Origin: a virus
Lineage: Duplodnaviria > Caudoviricetes
Strand: one strand, 5' to 3'
Virus record (IMG/VR): IMGVR_UViG_3300006482_000004
Span: 1-32,129 of that record
DNA: 32,129 nucleotides
Made by a program: the position numbers and the translations under genes. Positions 1-8,956 of this stretch are shown in pieces. Every line of letters begins with the position of its first letter. Position 1 is the stretch's first letter. The notes under the pieces were generated by a model. It was given only the letters and a program-made list of their open reading frames with translations, was not told where the DNA came from and made no database searches.

Positions 1-891
1 GCCTGCACGTAGAAGGGAGCGCCGCCGGTCCTGCACGTAGAAGGGAGCGCCGCCGATACCGTTCCAGCCGACTTGGCTTCCGTCGGCGTTGGTGTGCCAG
101 ATCGCCTGGGTCATGGCCTGCCACTCAGCCTCTGTTTTGCAGAGCAGTTGCCCCTCCGCCGTTTGCAGATAGGCCCAGGCCTCGGGGTAGAGAGCGGCGG
201 CGTTTTCAAGAAGACCGCCCTGTGCGGGTTGAAAGCCAGGCCGCAAGGTCGGGTGGCGAAAGAAGTAGAATTCGCAGAGGAAGATTCTCGCAGCGTCGAT
301 CGTCTCGGCCGTAACTTCGTGCGGGTTGTCCGTGTCGCCCTCGTGCGCGGCCAGCGCGGCGGCCAGCACAACATCCGCCGCTTTCCGCGCGGCCGCCTCG
401 GCGGCGACCAGCCCCTCAACCCCCTCAATTTCCGCACTCACAAACGCCCGGCTGGCCAGCACCGCGGTCGGGTCAATCTTGAGGGTCACCGTGGCGGAGC
501 TGGTCACCTCCAGGATGAGGCGCACCAGCAGATCCTTGCCCGAGCCTTCGGCGAGGACGGGCTTGTACGTTTCCGGCAGCTTGGCGATGGCCACCAGGTC
601 ACCGGCCGCATCAATGAGCCCGGCCTCGCGCACGGTCCAGCCGCCCACGCTCGCGGGCAGAAAAGCTTCGGCGCGCACCCAGTTCGGGTTCTCGTCGTCA
701 ACGGCCAGCAGGTTGGGCGCGCCACGCCACTTCTCGCCGACCAGGGCGATCTGCGCCCCGACGGGATCGTAGGTCGCGCCGCCTCCGTCGCCCACGGCGA
801 CATGAGTGATCTCGATCCTGGCTCCTCCGACCAGGGCCGCCGCCTCCTTGGCGCGTCCCACGTCGGTCCAGATGCTGTAGAAATTGGCCAT
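1..891 (-). CDS. Tail fibre protein, N-terminal part (runs off the window; not in the ORF track)
   Basis: ATG at 891 after GGAG; reads MANFYSIWTDVGRAKEAAALVGGARIEITHVAVGDGGG...VGGWTVREAGLID..GDLVAIAKLPETYKP..EGSGKDL..., the typical P2 gpH/DUF3751-type fibre N-terminus; follows tail protein I. Confidence 0.92.
   Translation of the reverse strand, partial: MANFYSIWTDVGRAKEAAALVGGARIEITHVAVGDGGGATYDPVGAQIALVGEKWRGAPNLLAVDDENPNWVRAEAFLPASVGGWTVREAGLIDAAGDLVAIAKLPETYKPVLAEGSGKDLLVRLILEVTSSATVTLKIDPTAVLASRAFVSAEIEGVEGLVAAEAAARKAADVVLAAALAAHEGDTDNPHEVTAETIDAARIFLCEFYFFRHPTLRPGFQPAQGGLLENAAALYPEAWAYLQTAEGQLLCKTEAEWQAMTQAIWHTNADGSQVGWNGIGGAPFYVQDRRRSLLRAG
2..55. repeat. 26-bp direct tandem duplication (period 28) at the window edge
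   Basis: CCTGCACGTAGAAGGGAGCGCCGCCG at 2-27 and 30-55. Confidence 0.95.
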
Positions 892-900
892 GTTCGCTCC

Positions 901-1551
901 CTACTGTGGATATACCGTTAGAGTCTCGACACAATGCGTCGCGGCGACCATGCGCAGCGAGGATGACATCTCGACCTCGCCGGCGGTCCACGGGTAGACC
1001 GTGATCTCCTCACCGGTCATGGACGCGGCGGCGACAATGACAGGCCCGTTGGCCCCGGCGGATATCTTCAGCCCGGCCAGCTTGGCCGAGGCGCGCTTCT
1101 GGTCGTTTAGGACCCACTCGAAGAGCGCGTAGGCCGGCTCATCGACGCGGACCTCGGATTCGAGCAGGCAGCGGAACTCGGCCCAGCGTTCCGGGTCCTC
1201 TCCGCGCAGGCTGTGGATGCTCGCGGTGATGAATCCGTAGTGGGCCAGGATCTTGGGCAGGCCGGCCTGCTTGCCGCCCAGGAGCGACCAGGCGTAGGCG
1301 CTGACCACGCGGGAGCGGAAGCGCCCGAAGCCCTCCAGGGGATGCCGCCGGATTCCCCGGCTGCGGCCGTGCTCCTCGACGTACTGCTCGTCGCAGGTCT
1401 CTGGATTGAACTGCTCGCGTAGCCAGAGGATGTCCTGGCGCGCCTGGTCGAGGCTTCCGGCCGCGCCCTTGACCAAGACGGCCAGCGGCCCGCCCACGAG
1501 AAGAAGCGGCCAGCGCAACGTCTCACTGAAGTATCGCCAGAACGCGCCCAT
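901..1551 (-). CDS. Baseplate wedge / tail protein I-like
   Basis: Lies between baseplate J and the fibre; motifs QFNPETCD, HGRSRGIRR..E..FRSRV, RWAEF. Confidence 0.85.
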   Translation of the reverse strand: MGAFWRYFSETLRWPLLLVGGPLAVLVKGAAGSLDQARQDILWLREQFNPETCDEQYVEEHGRSRGIRRHPLEGFGRFRSRVVSAYAWSLLGGKQAGLPKILAHYGFITASIHSLRGEDPERWAEFRCLLESEVRVDEPAYALFEWVLNDQKRASAKLAGLKISAGANGPVIVAAASMTGEEITVYPWTAGEVEMSSSLRMVAATHCVETLTVYPQ

Positions 1552-2712
1552 CTACGCCGCCTCGGCCCAGCTCGTAGTGACAACGAGGGACTCCAGCACG
1601 GCCAGGCCGTCGGCCGGCACGTCCACGTCGGCGGCCGGGCTGGTCCAGGCGATGCGCTTGACGCCTGGGATGGCCATGAGCAGCGCCACCATGCGGTCGC
1701 GGGTCAGATCCTCGCCAACGGCCAGAGGCTCGACGCCCGCCACGGCCGCGGCCAGGAACAGGGCCTGCAATCGCGCCACGGCCTGTGCCTGGATGGCCAG
1801 CGCGTCGCCGCTGACCAGCTCCAGTTGCGCGTCGATGGCCACGCCCACCCCGGTCGGGCCTTTGACCAGCACGTCGTCGTTCTGGGGCTGATCCTCGGCG
1901 ATGCGCGTAGTGACCGCGTCCACCAGATCCTGCGTGGGCAGACCGGCCGTGCCCATGATGACCACGTCCACGGTGCCCTGGCCGCGCGGGTGCTGGTCCA
2001 GCACGGCGACCGAGGCCACGCCGGACACTTCCAGCGCCCAGGCCTGGTAGGCGTACTTGGTCAGGCCATTGCGAGCGAGCCAGGCCAGGCTGTAGCGGGC
2101 GCGCAGGCTCTCATCGCCCTCGCGGTCAGCGCCCTCGCTGGTCAGCCAGCCGGAGCGGTTCCCCACGCCGTCCACGCCCTGCACGGGCGTAACCATCTCA
2201 ACGATTTGGCCCGGCGTGACGTTCGAGGCCGCGCCGTATTCCTCGGCCTCGACCGGCACGGCCACTTCGGTCTGGCCGGCCGGAAGCACGACGTCTTCAA
2301 GAGTGACAAAGCGATAAACCTGGCCGGCGGCATCGGGCGGAGTGCGCAGGATGCGCCCGGCCGGAATGCGCACGTTGCCCGACGTGCCCGACGTGCCCGA
2401 GCGCACGAAATGGACCAAGCCCTGGGCCTTGGTCCAGTCGCGGCGAAACACGTTGACGGAGCGGCACCACAGGTCAAGCCAAGCGCCCGTGGCCGTGGAG
2501 GGAAAGGCCTGCGTGAGCACGTGGGCCAGAAACAGGTAGAGCTGGTGCAGGCCCCAGCACCACAGCTCGATCATGCCGCGGATGACGCCCTTATTGAGGT
2601 TCAGGCGGAGCGGCAACCAGCCCTTGGCCACGTATTCGTCCTGCACGGTTTCGATTCGGCCGAACATGTCGGCGCGGATCTGCTCCAGCGTCTTGTTAAC
2701 CGGGATGGACAT
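1552..2712 (-). CDS. Baseplate J/gp47 family protein
   Basis: TATGAWLD, VEAEEYGAASN, GADREGDESLRARY, PRGQGTVDV motifs. Confidence 0.95.
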   Translation of the reverse strand: MSIPVNKTLEQIRADMFGRIETVQDEYVAKGWLPLRLNLNKGVIRGMIELWCWGLHQLYLFLAHVLTQAFPSTATGAWLDLWCRSVNVFRRDWTKAQGLVHFVRSGTSGTSGNVRIPAGRILRTPPDAAGQVYRFVTLEDVVLPAGQTEVAVPVEAEEYGAASNVTPGQIVEMVTPVQGVDGVGNRSGWLTSEGADREGDESLRARYSLAWLARNGLTKYAYQAWALEVSGVASVAVLDQHPRGQGTVDVVIMGTAGLPTQDLVDAVTTRIAEDQPQNDDVLVKGPTGVGVAIDAQLELVSGDALAIQAQAVARLQALFLAAAVAGVEPLAVGEDLTRDRMVALLMAIPGVKRIAWTSPAADVDVPADGLAVLESLVVTTSWAEAA

Positions 2713-3124
2713 CGCTATTCACCACCTCGATTTTGCCGTCACTCACTCCCAGGACCAGGTTGTGGCGATGGTCCTTGCCCATAAATTGCCAGCCCGCTCC
2801 CACACTCACGGATTTGTCATCCCAATTGAGAATTGCCGCCGTGGCGCTCATGGGCTGCACACGCGGGTCCGTGGCCAGGCAGCGCCGCACCTCGGCCTCC
2901 AGGGCCATGCGATTGCCCAGGGTGCTCTCCTCATGGACCCACAGGTGCAGCCGCGAACCGTACTGTGTGTCATAAAACAGGCTGCCCAGCGGAGTGGACA
3001 ACCGCAGGATGATGTCCTGCACACCGGTCTCGGCGCCGTCGGTGAGCAACAACTCGCCCGAGGCCGTGACGCGCGCCTGGCGCGCCGCGTCGAGGGAGAT
3101 GTCCTGGCCAAATACGTCGCTCAT
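2696..3124 (-). CDS. Baseplate wedge protein (gpW/gp46/gp25-like)
   Basis: Start reassigned to ATG 3124 (MSDVFGQDISLD); QDIILRLSTPLGSLFYDTQYGSRL and DPRV motifs; directly upstream of J. Confidence 0.85.
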   Translation of the reverse strand: MSDVFGQDISLDAARQARVTASGELLLTDGAETGVQDIILRLSTPLGSLFYDTQYGSRLHLWVHEESTLGNRMALEAEVRRCLATDPRVQPMSATAAILNWDDKSVSVGAGWQFMGKDHRHNLVLGVSDGKIEVVNSDVHPG

Positions 3125-3309
3125 TGATGGCTCGGGGACGGATATTCGCCGCCCACGTCCTGAATGTTGGGCACCTGCTCGCCCACGGCCTCGCAGATGG
3201 CCCGTACAAACACTTCGAGCTGGGAGGTGAGCGCGGCCCCGCGAAAAAGCGGACTCGCGGCGATCTTGGCCAGGGCGGCCTGCGTCGCCTGCTCCGAATC
3301 GTAGGCCAT
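3121..3309 (-). CDS. Small hypothetical baseplate-region protein (62 aa)
   Basis: Fills the gap between gpV and gpW; AGGAG RBS; ATGA overlap with the next gene. Confidence 0.7.
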   Translation of the reverse strand: MAYDSEQATQAALAKIAASPLFRGAALTSQLEVFVRAICEAVGEQVPNIQDVGGEYPSPSHQ

Positions 3310-3312
3310 GAC

Positions 3313-3945
3313 CTACTCCTTGCTGGCCAGCACGGTGCTGGACTTGTCGATATGCGGCATGCCGGTCAGCGCGCAGATGCATTGGCCGGTGACCACCCCG
3401 GTCGCCGGACCGGCCGTCTTGCTGGTGATGGTGCCGGCGGCCTCGACCGTCACGTCGCCATCGACTTTGACCAGCCAGTCGCCGCCGATCTCGGCCTCGG
3501 CATTGGCCGGGGTGACGTGCAGGATGCGTCGGCCCGCGTCGATCCTGATGTACGTATCCGGGTCGGCCTGGATCACGAATCCATCCAGCTCGCAGGCCGG
3601 GGCCTGACCGGAAGGCCAGCGGAAATTGGACACGTGCGGGAATTGAGGATCACCGTCGTAGTAGGCCAGGTCGCAGACCACGCCGACCTGCGGCGGGCAG
3701 ACCACGCCGCGATCCGGCCCGGCCCACAGGACAGGGATAGACACGCGCGGGACAACGGGCTCGGCCAGGTCCTCGCTCTCGTCGTTGCGCAGCGGCTGCA
3801 CATCGCACCAGTATTGGCCATCGCTGGCGTAGGCCTGGACCACGCGGGCCTTGCGCACCACGCGGTAGTAGCGGCGCAGGTCCGGCATGCACAGCTCGAT
3901 GGCCCGCTTGAGCAGCGCGCGCAGTTGGCGCAGGTCAGATTGCAT
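3313..3945 (-). CDS. Baseplate spike protein (gpV/gp45-like)
   Basis: Start reassigned to ATG 3945; OB-fold-like WAGPDRGVVCPPQVG, beta-repeat region and C-terminal C-x-C..TGMPH metal-binding tip. Confidence 0.88.
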   Translation of the reverse strand: MQSDLRQLRALLKRAIELCMPDLRRYYRVVRKARVVQAYASDGQYWCDVQPLRNDESEDLAEPVVPRVSIPVLWAGPDRGVVCPPQVGVVCDLAYYDGDPQFPHVSNFRWPSGQAPACELDGFVIQADPDTYIRIDAGRRILHVTPANAEAEIGGDWLVKVDGDVTVEAAGTITSKTAGPATGVVTGQCICALTGMPHIDKSSTVLASKE

Positions 3946-4744
3946 ACTCGTCTCCGTAGTAGAGGTGGGTCCGGGCACTGTCCGGCGTGATCTCGTGCAC
4001 CACGCGCACGGCGCGGATCTGCTCGTCGAGGCCCCGGCGCTCGTCGCGCAAGCGGAACAGCCGGGAATGGCGCATGGACGGCAAGAGGAACGTCTCCACG
4101 CAGGACAGCCCGGCCGGGCCGCTGGCCGGAGAGTGCCGGATGAGCCCGGCGCGCGTGGCGATGACCGGCACCGGGCCGGGCTCGTCGACGTCGCCCCAGT
4201 TGACCAGGCCGTCGGCATCCATCCACAGCGCCCAGCGGCGCATGTCCCGGCCCATGGCGCGGTGCACCGTGTGCGCGACCTGCCGGGCCAGTTGCCAGGG
4301 CGCCACACCGCTGGCCATGAAGTGGCGCAGTTGCACGCCCGGCGAGTCGATGCGGCCCAGGTCCAGGCCGGCCTGGCGCACGGCCGCGCGCACGATGGCC
4401 TCGGGCGACTCGTCCAGCCAGGTCTGGGTGATGACGGTACGCACCAGCGGCAATTCCGGCCCGAGCACGCGCACCAGCACCTGGTCCTTGCTCGGGCCGG
4501 CCATGACCCCGGCCACCGTGCCGCGCCAGGCAGCAGCCTGCTGGTCGCGGTAGCCCAGCTCGATGTCGGCCGTGTCGCCGCCCTGCGCGAGCGTCCGGGT
4601 CACCTCGCCAGCCGGATCGGGCAGGACGATGCGCATCACGGTCAGGGGCTGGTGGCGCGTGGAGTCGATGACCAGCCGTGGACAGCGCAGGATTCGCAAG
4701 CCGCCCAGGCGTATGCGGACGTTGATGCCGGATATGGCCGTCAT
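3935..4744 (-). CDS. Baseplate hub / tail protein (gpD/gp44-like)
   Basis: IELGYR...WRGTV motif; sits upstream of the spike. Confidence 0.75.
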   Translation of the reverse strand: MTAISGINVRIRLGGLRILRCPRLVIDSTRHQPLTVMRIVLPDPAGEVTRTLAQGGDTADIELGYRDQQAAAWRGTVAGVMAGPSKDQVLVRVLGPELPLVRTVITQTWLDESPEAIVRAAVRQAGLDLGRIDSPGVQLRHFMASGVAPWQLARQVAHTVHRAMGRDMRRWALWMDADGLVNWGDVDEPGPVPVIATRAGLIRHSPASGPAGLSCVETFLLPSMRHSRLFRLRDERRGLDEQIRAVRVVHEITPDSARTHLYYGDEYAI

Positions 4745-5247
4745 AGCAGACCCACCGTGAGCGTCTTGTCCAGGCCCGGCTCGGCAGCGGCTGTCCCAGG
4801 AGCTGCGCCAGCCTCGGCGCGCTCCTCCACGGCCACCACGGCCGGGCGGTACTCTGTAAAGCTCAGGCTGGCCTGGATCACGTCATCCTGGTCTGTCTCG
4901 GATGAGTCCAGGCCCGAAAACACAACCTGGTCCACGCCCCGCGCAGCCAGGTGCGCGTTGACCACGTCCAGCACCAGCGGATTGCCCTGGTCGTCCTGAC
5001 CCCGAAACTTGGCGTCCAGCGCGGTCAGCTTGTCGTAGCAGGTGGACCCGGAGTCCGTGAGCAGGTCCACGATGATGACCACGTCCGCATCCTCCCAGCC
5101 GAGCGGCGTCCTGGTCTTGCCGCTCATGCCGTCCTGCTCCGCCTCGTCGAAGCGGACCAATCCACGGATCGAGAGGTGCTTGAGCGCGCCCGGCAGCAGC
5201 TCGCCGGCCAGACGCACCTCGCCATGCTCCCAGGTCAAACTAGCCAT
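4741..5247 (-). CDS. Tail tube initiator-like protein (gpU-like)
   Basis: Start reassigned to ATG 5247 (MASLTWEHGEV); directly follows the tape measure; ASLSFTEY motif. Confidence 0.65.
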   Translation of the reverse strand: MASLTWEHGEVRLAGELLPGALKHLSIRGLVRFDEAEQDGMSGKTRTPLGWEDADVVIIVDLLTDSGSTCYDKLTALDAKFRGQDDQGNPLVLDVVNAHLAARGVDQVVFSGLDSSETDQDDVIQASLSFTEYRPAVVAVEERAEAGAAPGTAAAEPGLDKTLTVGLL

Positions 5248-7930
5248 CGTGGGCCTCCACCAGGTGCGCGAGCTGGACCAGGAAGCCGTCGGCGTCCTTG
5301 ACGCCGTGCAGATGGACCTGCATGCCCTGGATGATGATCTGGCGGGCCTGCTGCCGGCCGGACTGCGCCGGGGCCGGGGTCTCCACGCGGATCTCCGGCG
5401 CGGCCGGGGCATCGGCCAGGGCCGGAGCAGGCGCCGCACCGGCGATGGCCAGCCCGCCGAGCGCTCCGGCCACGACAGAGGCCAGACGCGGAGCCGCGCT
5501 CCGTACCCCCTCGCCCAGCGTGTCCGGGATGGCCGCGCCCGAGGCGGTCAGGGCCGAGAGCGGACCCTCCTTGGCGTCGCTGCTCGGCAAAAACCGTGCT
5601 AACGGTCCAAGGAACTCACGGAAGTTGTCATACAAGCCGGACGCTCGACCCTTGATACCGGCCCAGAATGTGGCGATGAGGGCTCGGCCCGACTCGTAGA
5701 GGTCGAAGCCCGCGAACCAGTCCCACAGCTCGGAAAACCAGGCCTTGATGGGCTCCCAGTTGCTGATGATGATCCCGAGCGGGTGGAACGACATGAAGAT
5801 GTCCACCAACCAAGACCAGAAGCTGGCAATGATGGCGCGTAGCCCATCGAAAATCTTGCTGAATGCGGTACCCAGCCCCGAGAAAATCGCACTGAATACC
5901 CCGCCCATCTTGCCAAGTATTGTGGTCACGGCATCCCACGCGCCACTGATCGCCTTGCCGACAGCCCCGAAGACGCGCCCAAAAAAGCCGCTGATGGGCT
6001 CCCAGTAGACGTAGATGAGCGCGGCCGCAGCCACGAGCCCTAAAATGAACAGGCCGATGGGGTTTGCATTCAGCGCGGCATTGAGCAGCCACTGCGCGGC
6101 GGCCCACAACTTGGTAGCCACGACAATGGCCATCTGCGCAGCCCGGAAGGCCATCACGACGCCGTAGCCCACGGCGATGGTGGCCACGATGGAACCCAGC
6201 ACCTGGCCGATGGCATTCCAGGCGCCTACATCCCACCCAGCGCCGGTCTCGGCCATGGCCGAGCCGAGCAACCCGAACCAGCCCGCCACGGTCATGACAA
6301 TGCCGGCCAGGGCGTCCAGGATGGGACCGACGACGGCCCAGGTGGCCGTGGCCACGCCGGAGATGCCCTGCCAGATGCCGATGCCCAGCTCGCGGATGCG
6401 GTAGGCCAGCCTGGCCACCGTGGTCACCACGCCCACCAAACCGGCGGCATCGATCTTTTCGGCCAGTTCCCCTTTGATTTCGCCCGTGCCGTCCTTGACC
6501 GAGGAGAGCGCGGCCCACACGCCCCGGCCCACAAGCGAGACGGTGTTCCACCAGACCTTAATCTTGTCGGCCATGCCGCCGAAATTTGTTTGCCAGGCCA
6601 GGGCCAGCAGGCCCACGGCCGCCACAATGGCCCATATGGGCCAGCTCACAGCGGCCAGCGCGCCGCCCAGGATGGGCAGCACGGCCGAGGCGGCCCAGCT
6701 CGCGGCCGCGAATGCGGCAATGCCCACCACGGCCGTGGCCAGGACGCCGGCCACGAGGATCACGGTTTCGCCCACAGGAGTCTGGGCTAACTCGGCCAAT
6801 GTGCTGATGATGATGGCCAATCCCTGGGCCAGCGGCCGTAGGAGCGGAGTGAACACTGAGCCCGTGATGATACTCAGGGACTCCATGGCCCCGCTGACCT
6901 GTTCCATGTCGCCGCGCAGGTTGTTGAGCATTTCGGCAGCAACCTGCTCGGCAGTCCCGGCGCTGGCACGGAGCACCTCAACGTATTGCATGAGGCTGCC
7001 CAGGCCTTGTTGCCTGATGACCTCGGATGCCCCGGTCATGGCCTCCACGCCAAAGATGGTTTCCAAGGCCTGGATCTGCTTGCCCGACCCCATACCAGAT
7101 AGCGCTTCGGACAACTCGCCAAGTACAACTACGGGGCTGCGCATGTTGCCGGAGGCATCCAGCACATCCACGCCCAGCGAGCGCAACAATCTGGACGCCT
7201 CTCCAGCCGGAGAGGCCAAACGGCTGAGCATCGTGCGCAGGGCCGTACCGGCTTGGCCGCTCTTGATGCCGATATTACCCAGCATGCCTGCCATGGCCGC
7301 GGTTTCTTCGAACTCCAGGCCGGCCAAGCGGGCCACAGGCGCAACGTATTTCATCGTGTCGCCCAACATCCCCAGGTCCGTGTTGGCCGTGGTGAACGTC
7401 TTGGTCAGGACGTCGGCAACCCTGGACATCTGGCTGGCCTCAAAACCGAACGCCGAGAGGATGTCTGAGCCGATGTCCGCCGCCCGCCCCAACTCAATTG
7501 CACCGGCCGAAGCCATGCCCAGAATGGCAGGAAGCGCGGCAAGGTTGTCTTTGACCGTAAAGCCCGCCTTGGCCAAGTACTCTTCGGCCTGAGCGACTTG
7601 GAGAGCCGACCAAACCGTAGATGCCCCGTAATCTAAGGCAGCTCGGCGCAGGGCTGCCTGTTCTTCGGCTGTGGCTTGGGATACGGCCGACACTCGGGAT
7701 AGCGCCTGCTCAAAGTCCGCCGCAGCCCCGACAGCGCCACCGAAGCCCAGCAGCAGCGCTCCGGCCGCGGCGGCCACGGGCAGCATGGACTTGGCCAGCA
7801 TGCCCATGCGCTGGCCCAGGCTGGTCGCACGCCGCTCCGTGGCAGCCAACTGGCTTTCCACTGCGCGCATGGGTCCGGTGATGTTGTCCACCAGACTCAT
7901 GACGGCCTGCACGGCGAAAATGCCTTCCAT
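5240..7930 (-). CDS. Tail tape measure protein (TP901 family), 896 aa
   Basis: ADFEQALSRVSAVS, YLAKAGF, GIKSGQAGTALR, ALNANPIGL, FLPSSDAKEGPLSALT motifs. Confidence 0.97.
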   Translation of the reverse strand: MEGIFAVQAVMSLVDNITGPMRAVESQLAATERRATSLGQRMGMLAKSMLPVAAAAGALLLGFGGAVGAAADFEQALSRVSAVSQATAEEQAALRRAALDYGASTVWSALQVAQAEEYLAKAGFTVKDNLAALPAILGMASAGAIELGRAADIGSDILSAFGFEASQMSRVADVLTKTFTTANTDLGMLGDTMKYVAPVARLAGLEFEETAAMAGMLGNIGIKSGQAGTALRTMLSRLASPAGEASRLLRSLGVDVLDASGNMRSPVVVLGELSEALSGMGSGKQIQALETIFGVEAMTGASEVIRQQGLGSLMQYVEVLRASAGTAEQVAAEMLNNLRGDMEQVSGAMESLSIITGSVFTPLLRPLAQGLAIIISTLAELAQTPVGETVILVAGVLATAVVGIAAFAAASWAASAVLPILGGALAAVSWPIWAIVAAVGLLALAWQTNFGGMADKIKVWWNTVSLVGRGVWAALSSVKDGTGEIKGELAEKIDAAGLVGVVTTVARLAYRIRELGIGIWQGISGVATATWAVVGPILDALAGIVMTVAGWFGLLGSAMAETGAGWDVGAWNAIGQVLGSIVATIAVGYGVVMAFRAAQMAIVVATKLWAAAQWLLNAALNANPIGLFILGLVAAAALIYVYWEPISGFFGRVFGAVGKAISGAWDAVTTILGKMGGVFSAIFSGLGTAFSKIFDGLRAIIASFWSWLVDIFMSFHPLGIIISNWEPIKAWFSELWDWFAGFDLYESGRALIATFWAGIKGRASGLYDNFREFLGPLARFLPSSDAKEGPLSALTASGAAIPDTLGEGVRSAAPRLASVVAGALGGLAIAGAAPAPALADAPAAPEIRVETPAPAQSGRQQARQIIIQGMQVHLHGVKDADGFLVQLAHLVEAHDG

Positions 7931-8122
7931 CTACTTCCCCCCGAGCATCTTGCCCAGCGTTTCGAAATGCCTTTGCTCCAGCCAGAGAGCCTGGGCGGCC
8001 TGGTCGGCAAAACTCTCCATCTCCTCGACCGGCTCGGCGTGCAACCAGTGCCGGATCAGCGCAGAGTGCTGGGCCATGCCGTTGCCCTCCAGGTCCGCCC
8101 TGGCCGCCCGAATCAGTTTCCC
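7931..8122 (-). CDS. C-terminal (T) extension of the tail assembly chaperone, reached by -1 frameshift
   Basis: No own start or RBS; the -1 frame GKLIRAARADLEGNG...ALWLEQRHF begins at slippery GGGAAAC and ends at the base next to the tape measure ATG. Confidence 0.85.
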   Translation of the reverse strand, partial: GKLIRAARADLEGNGMAQHSALIRHWLHAEPVEEMESFADQAAQALWLEQRHFETLGKMLGGK

Positions 8123-8457
8123 AGTTCCCCGAAGCCCACCGAAGTGAGGATGGCGTTGCCCAGGGCGCTGGCCAGGCCGGGGTAGGTGTCGCAGGCCCGG
8201 CGCAGCTCCTCGCGCCGGTCGGGGTGCACCACATCCAGGACGAGGTTGCCGAGCGCCATGCCCGGCTTTTTCATCATGGTCTTCTGCGCCCGCTCGACCT
8301 GGGGCTGCGTGGGCCGCTTGAAAAGAAAACTGAAGCTCACGTCCTCGCCCTGGAACTTGTCGAAGAAAGTGTGCTCGAAAGTCACGTAGCCTTCGGCGGA
8401 CACGGCCCGCGTCTCCTGGCCTCCGGTCTCTGCGTGCGCTGTGCTGTTCTTGGTCAT
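8113..8457 (-). CDS. Tail assembly chaperone (G-type)
   Basis: Between tube and tape measure; AAGGAG RBS; ends ...CTG GGA AAC TGA. Confidence 0.88.
   Translation of the reverse strand: MTKNSTAHAETGGQETRAVSAEGYVTFEHTFFDKFQGEDVSFSFLFKRPTQPQVERAQKTMMKKPGMALGNLVLDVVHPDRREELRRACDTYPGLASALGNAILTSVGFGELGN
8116..8122 (-). promoter_or_regulatory. -1 programmed ribosomal frameshift heptamer G GGA AAC
   Basis: X XXY YYZ in the correct phase, immediately before the chaperone stop codon; same position as the lambda G/GT site. Confidence 0.88.
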
Positions 8458-8474
8458 GATGTGCTCCTTTACCT

Positions 8475-8945
8475 TTAGGTGATGACGTCCGCGATGGTGT
8501 CGATGAGATTGCCGGCCTTGGTGTAGGCCGGAACGCCGTTCCAGAGGATGGGCCTCGAGACTTTGAAGTCCAACTTGACCTCACGCACGTTGGGCTCGCC
8601 CTGTTTGGCGGCCGTGGACGTCTTGGTGATCCAGCACAGCGGCAACACGTCGGTCACAGTCTCCTTGAGCGTGGAGCCGTAGCTGACGATGATGGGCACG
8701 GGCGTGTTGTACATGGACCCGCCCATGACCAGTTGCAACCGCTGGAACTCGTCCGAGTCCAGCGTGCAGTTGCCGCTGGCCTCGTAGTTTTTACGACCGA
8801 CTCCGCGCGGAACCGCGCCCTTGCCGTAGCGCATCTCCACGTCGCGGCCGTCCTCGTAGTTGATGTCGGTCAGGCCTACCGTCTCGCCCGAGGGCAGGAC
8901 GATCTTGACATCCTCCCAATCATAGATGGCGCCGTTGATGGGCAC
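8475..8945 (-). CDS. Tail tube protein
   Basis: GTG start at 8945 after AAGGAGG; PINGAIYDWEDV..., YGKGAVPRGVGRKNYEASG; follows the sheath. Confidence 0.88.
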   Translation of the reverse strand: MPINGAIYDWEDVKIVLPSGETVGLTDINYEDGRDVEMRYGKGAVPRGVGRKNYEASGNCTLDSDEFQRLQLVMGGSMYNTPVPIIVSYGSTLKETVTDVLPLCWITKTSTAAKQGEPNVREVKLDFKVSRPILWNGVPAYTKAGNLIDTIADVIT

Positions 8946-8956
8946 TCTCCACCTCC

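Noticed and set aside
2..55. Repeat considered as a CRISPR array or DGR TR/VR pair
   Set aside because: Only two adjacent identical copies with a 2-nt gap, no spacers, no adenine-specific differences, and no cas or RT gene in the window
2376..2400. 9-bp tandem repeat TGCCCGACG in baseplate J
   Set aside because: In-frame micro-duplication (SGT-SGT-SG) in a probable loop; no evidence of function
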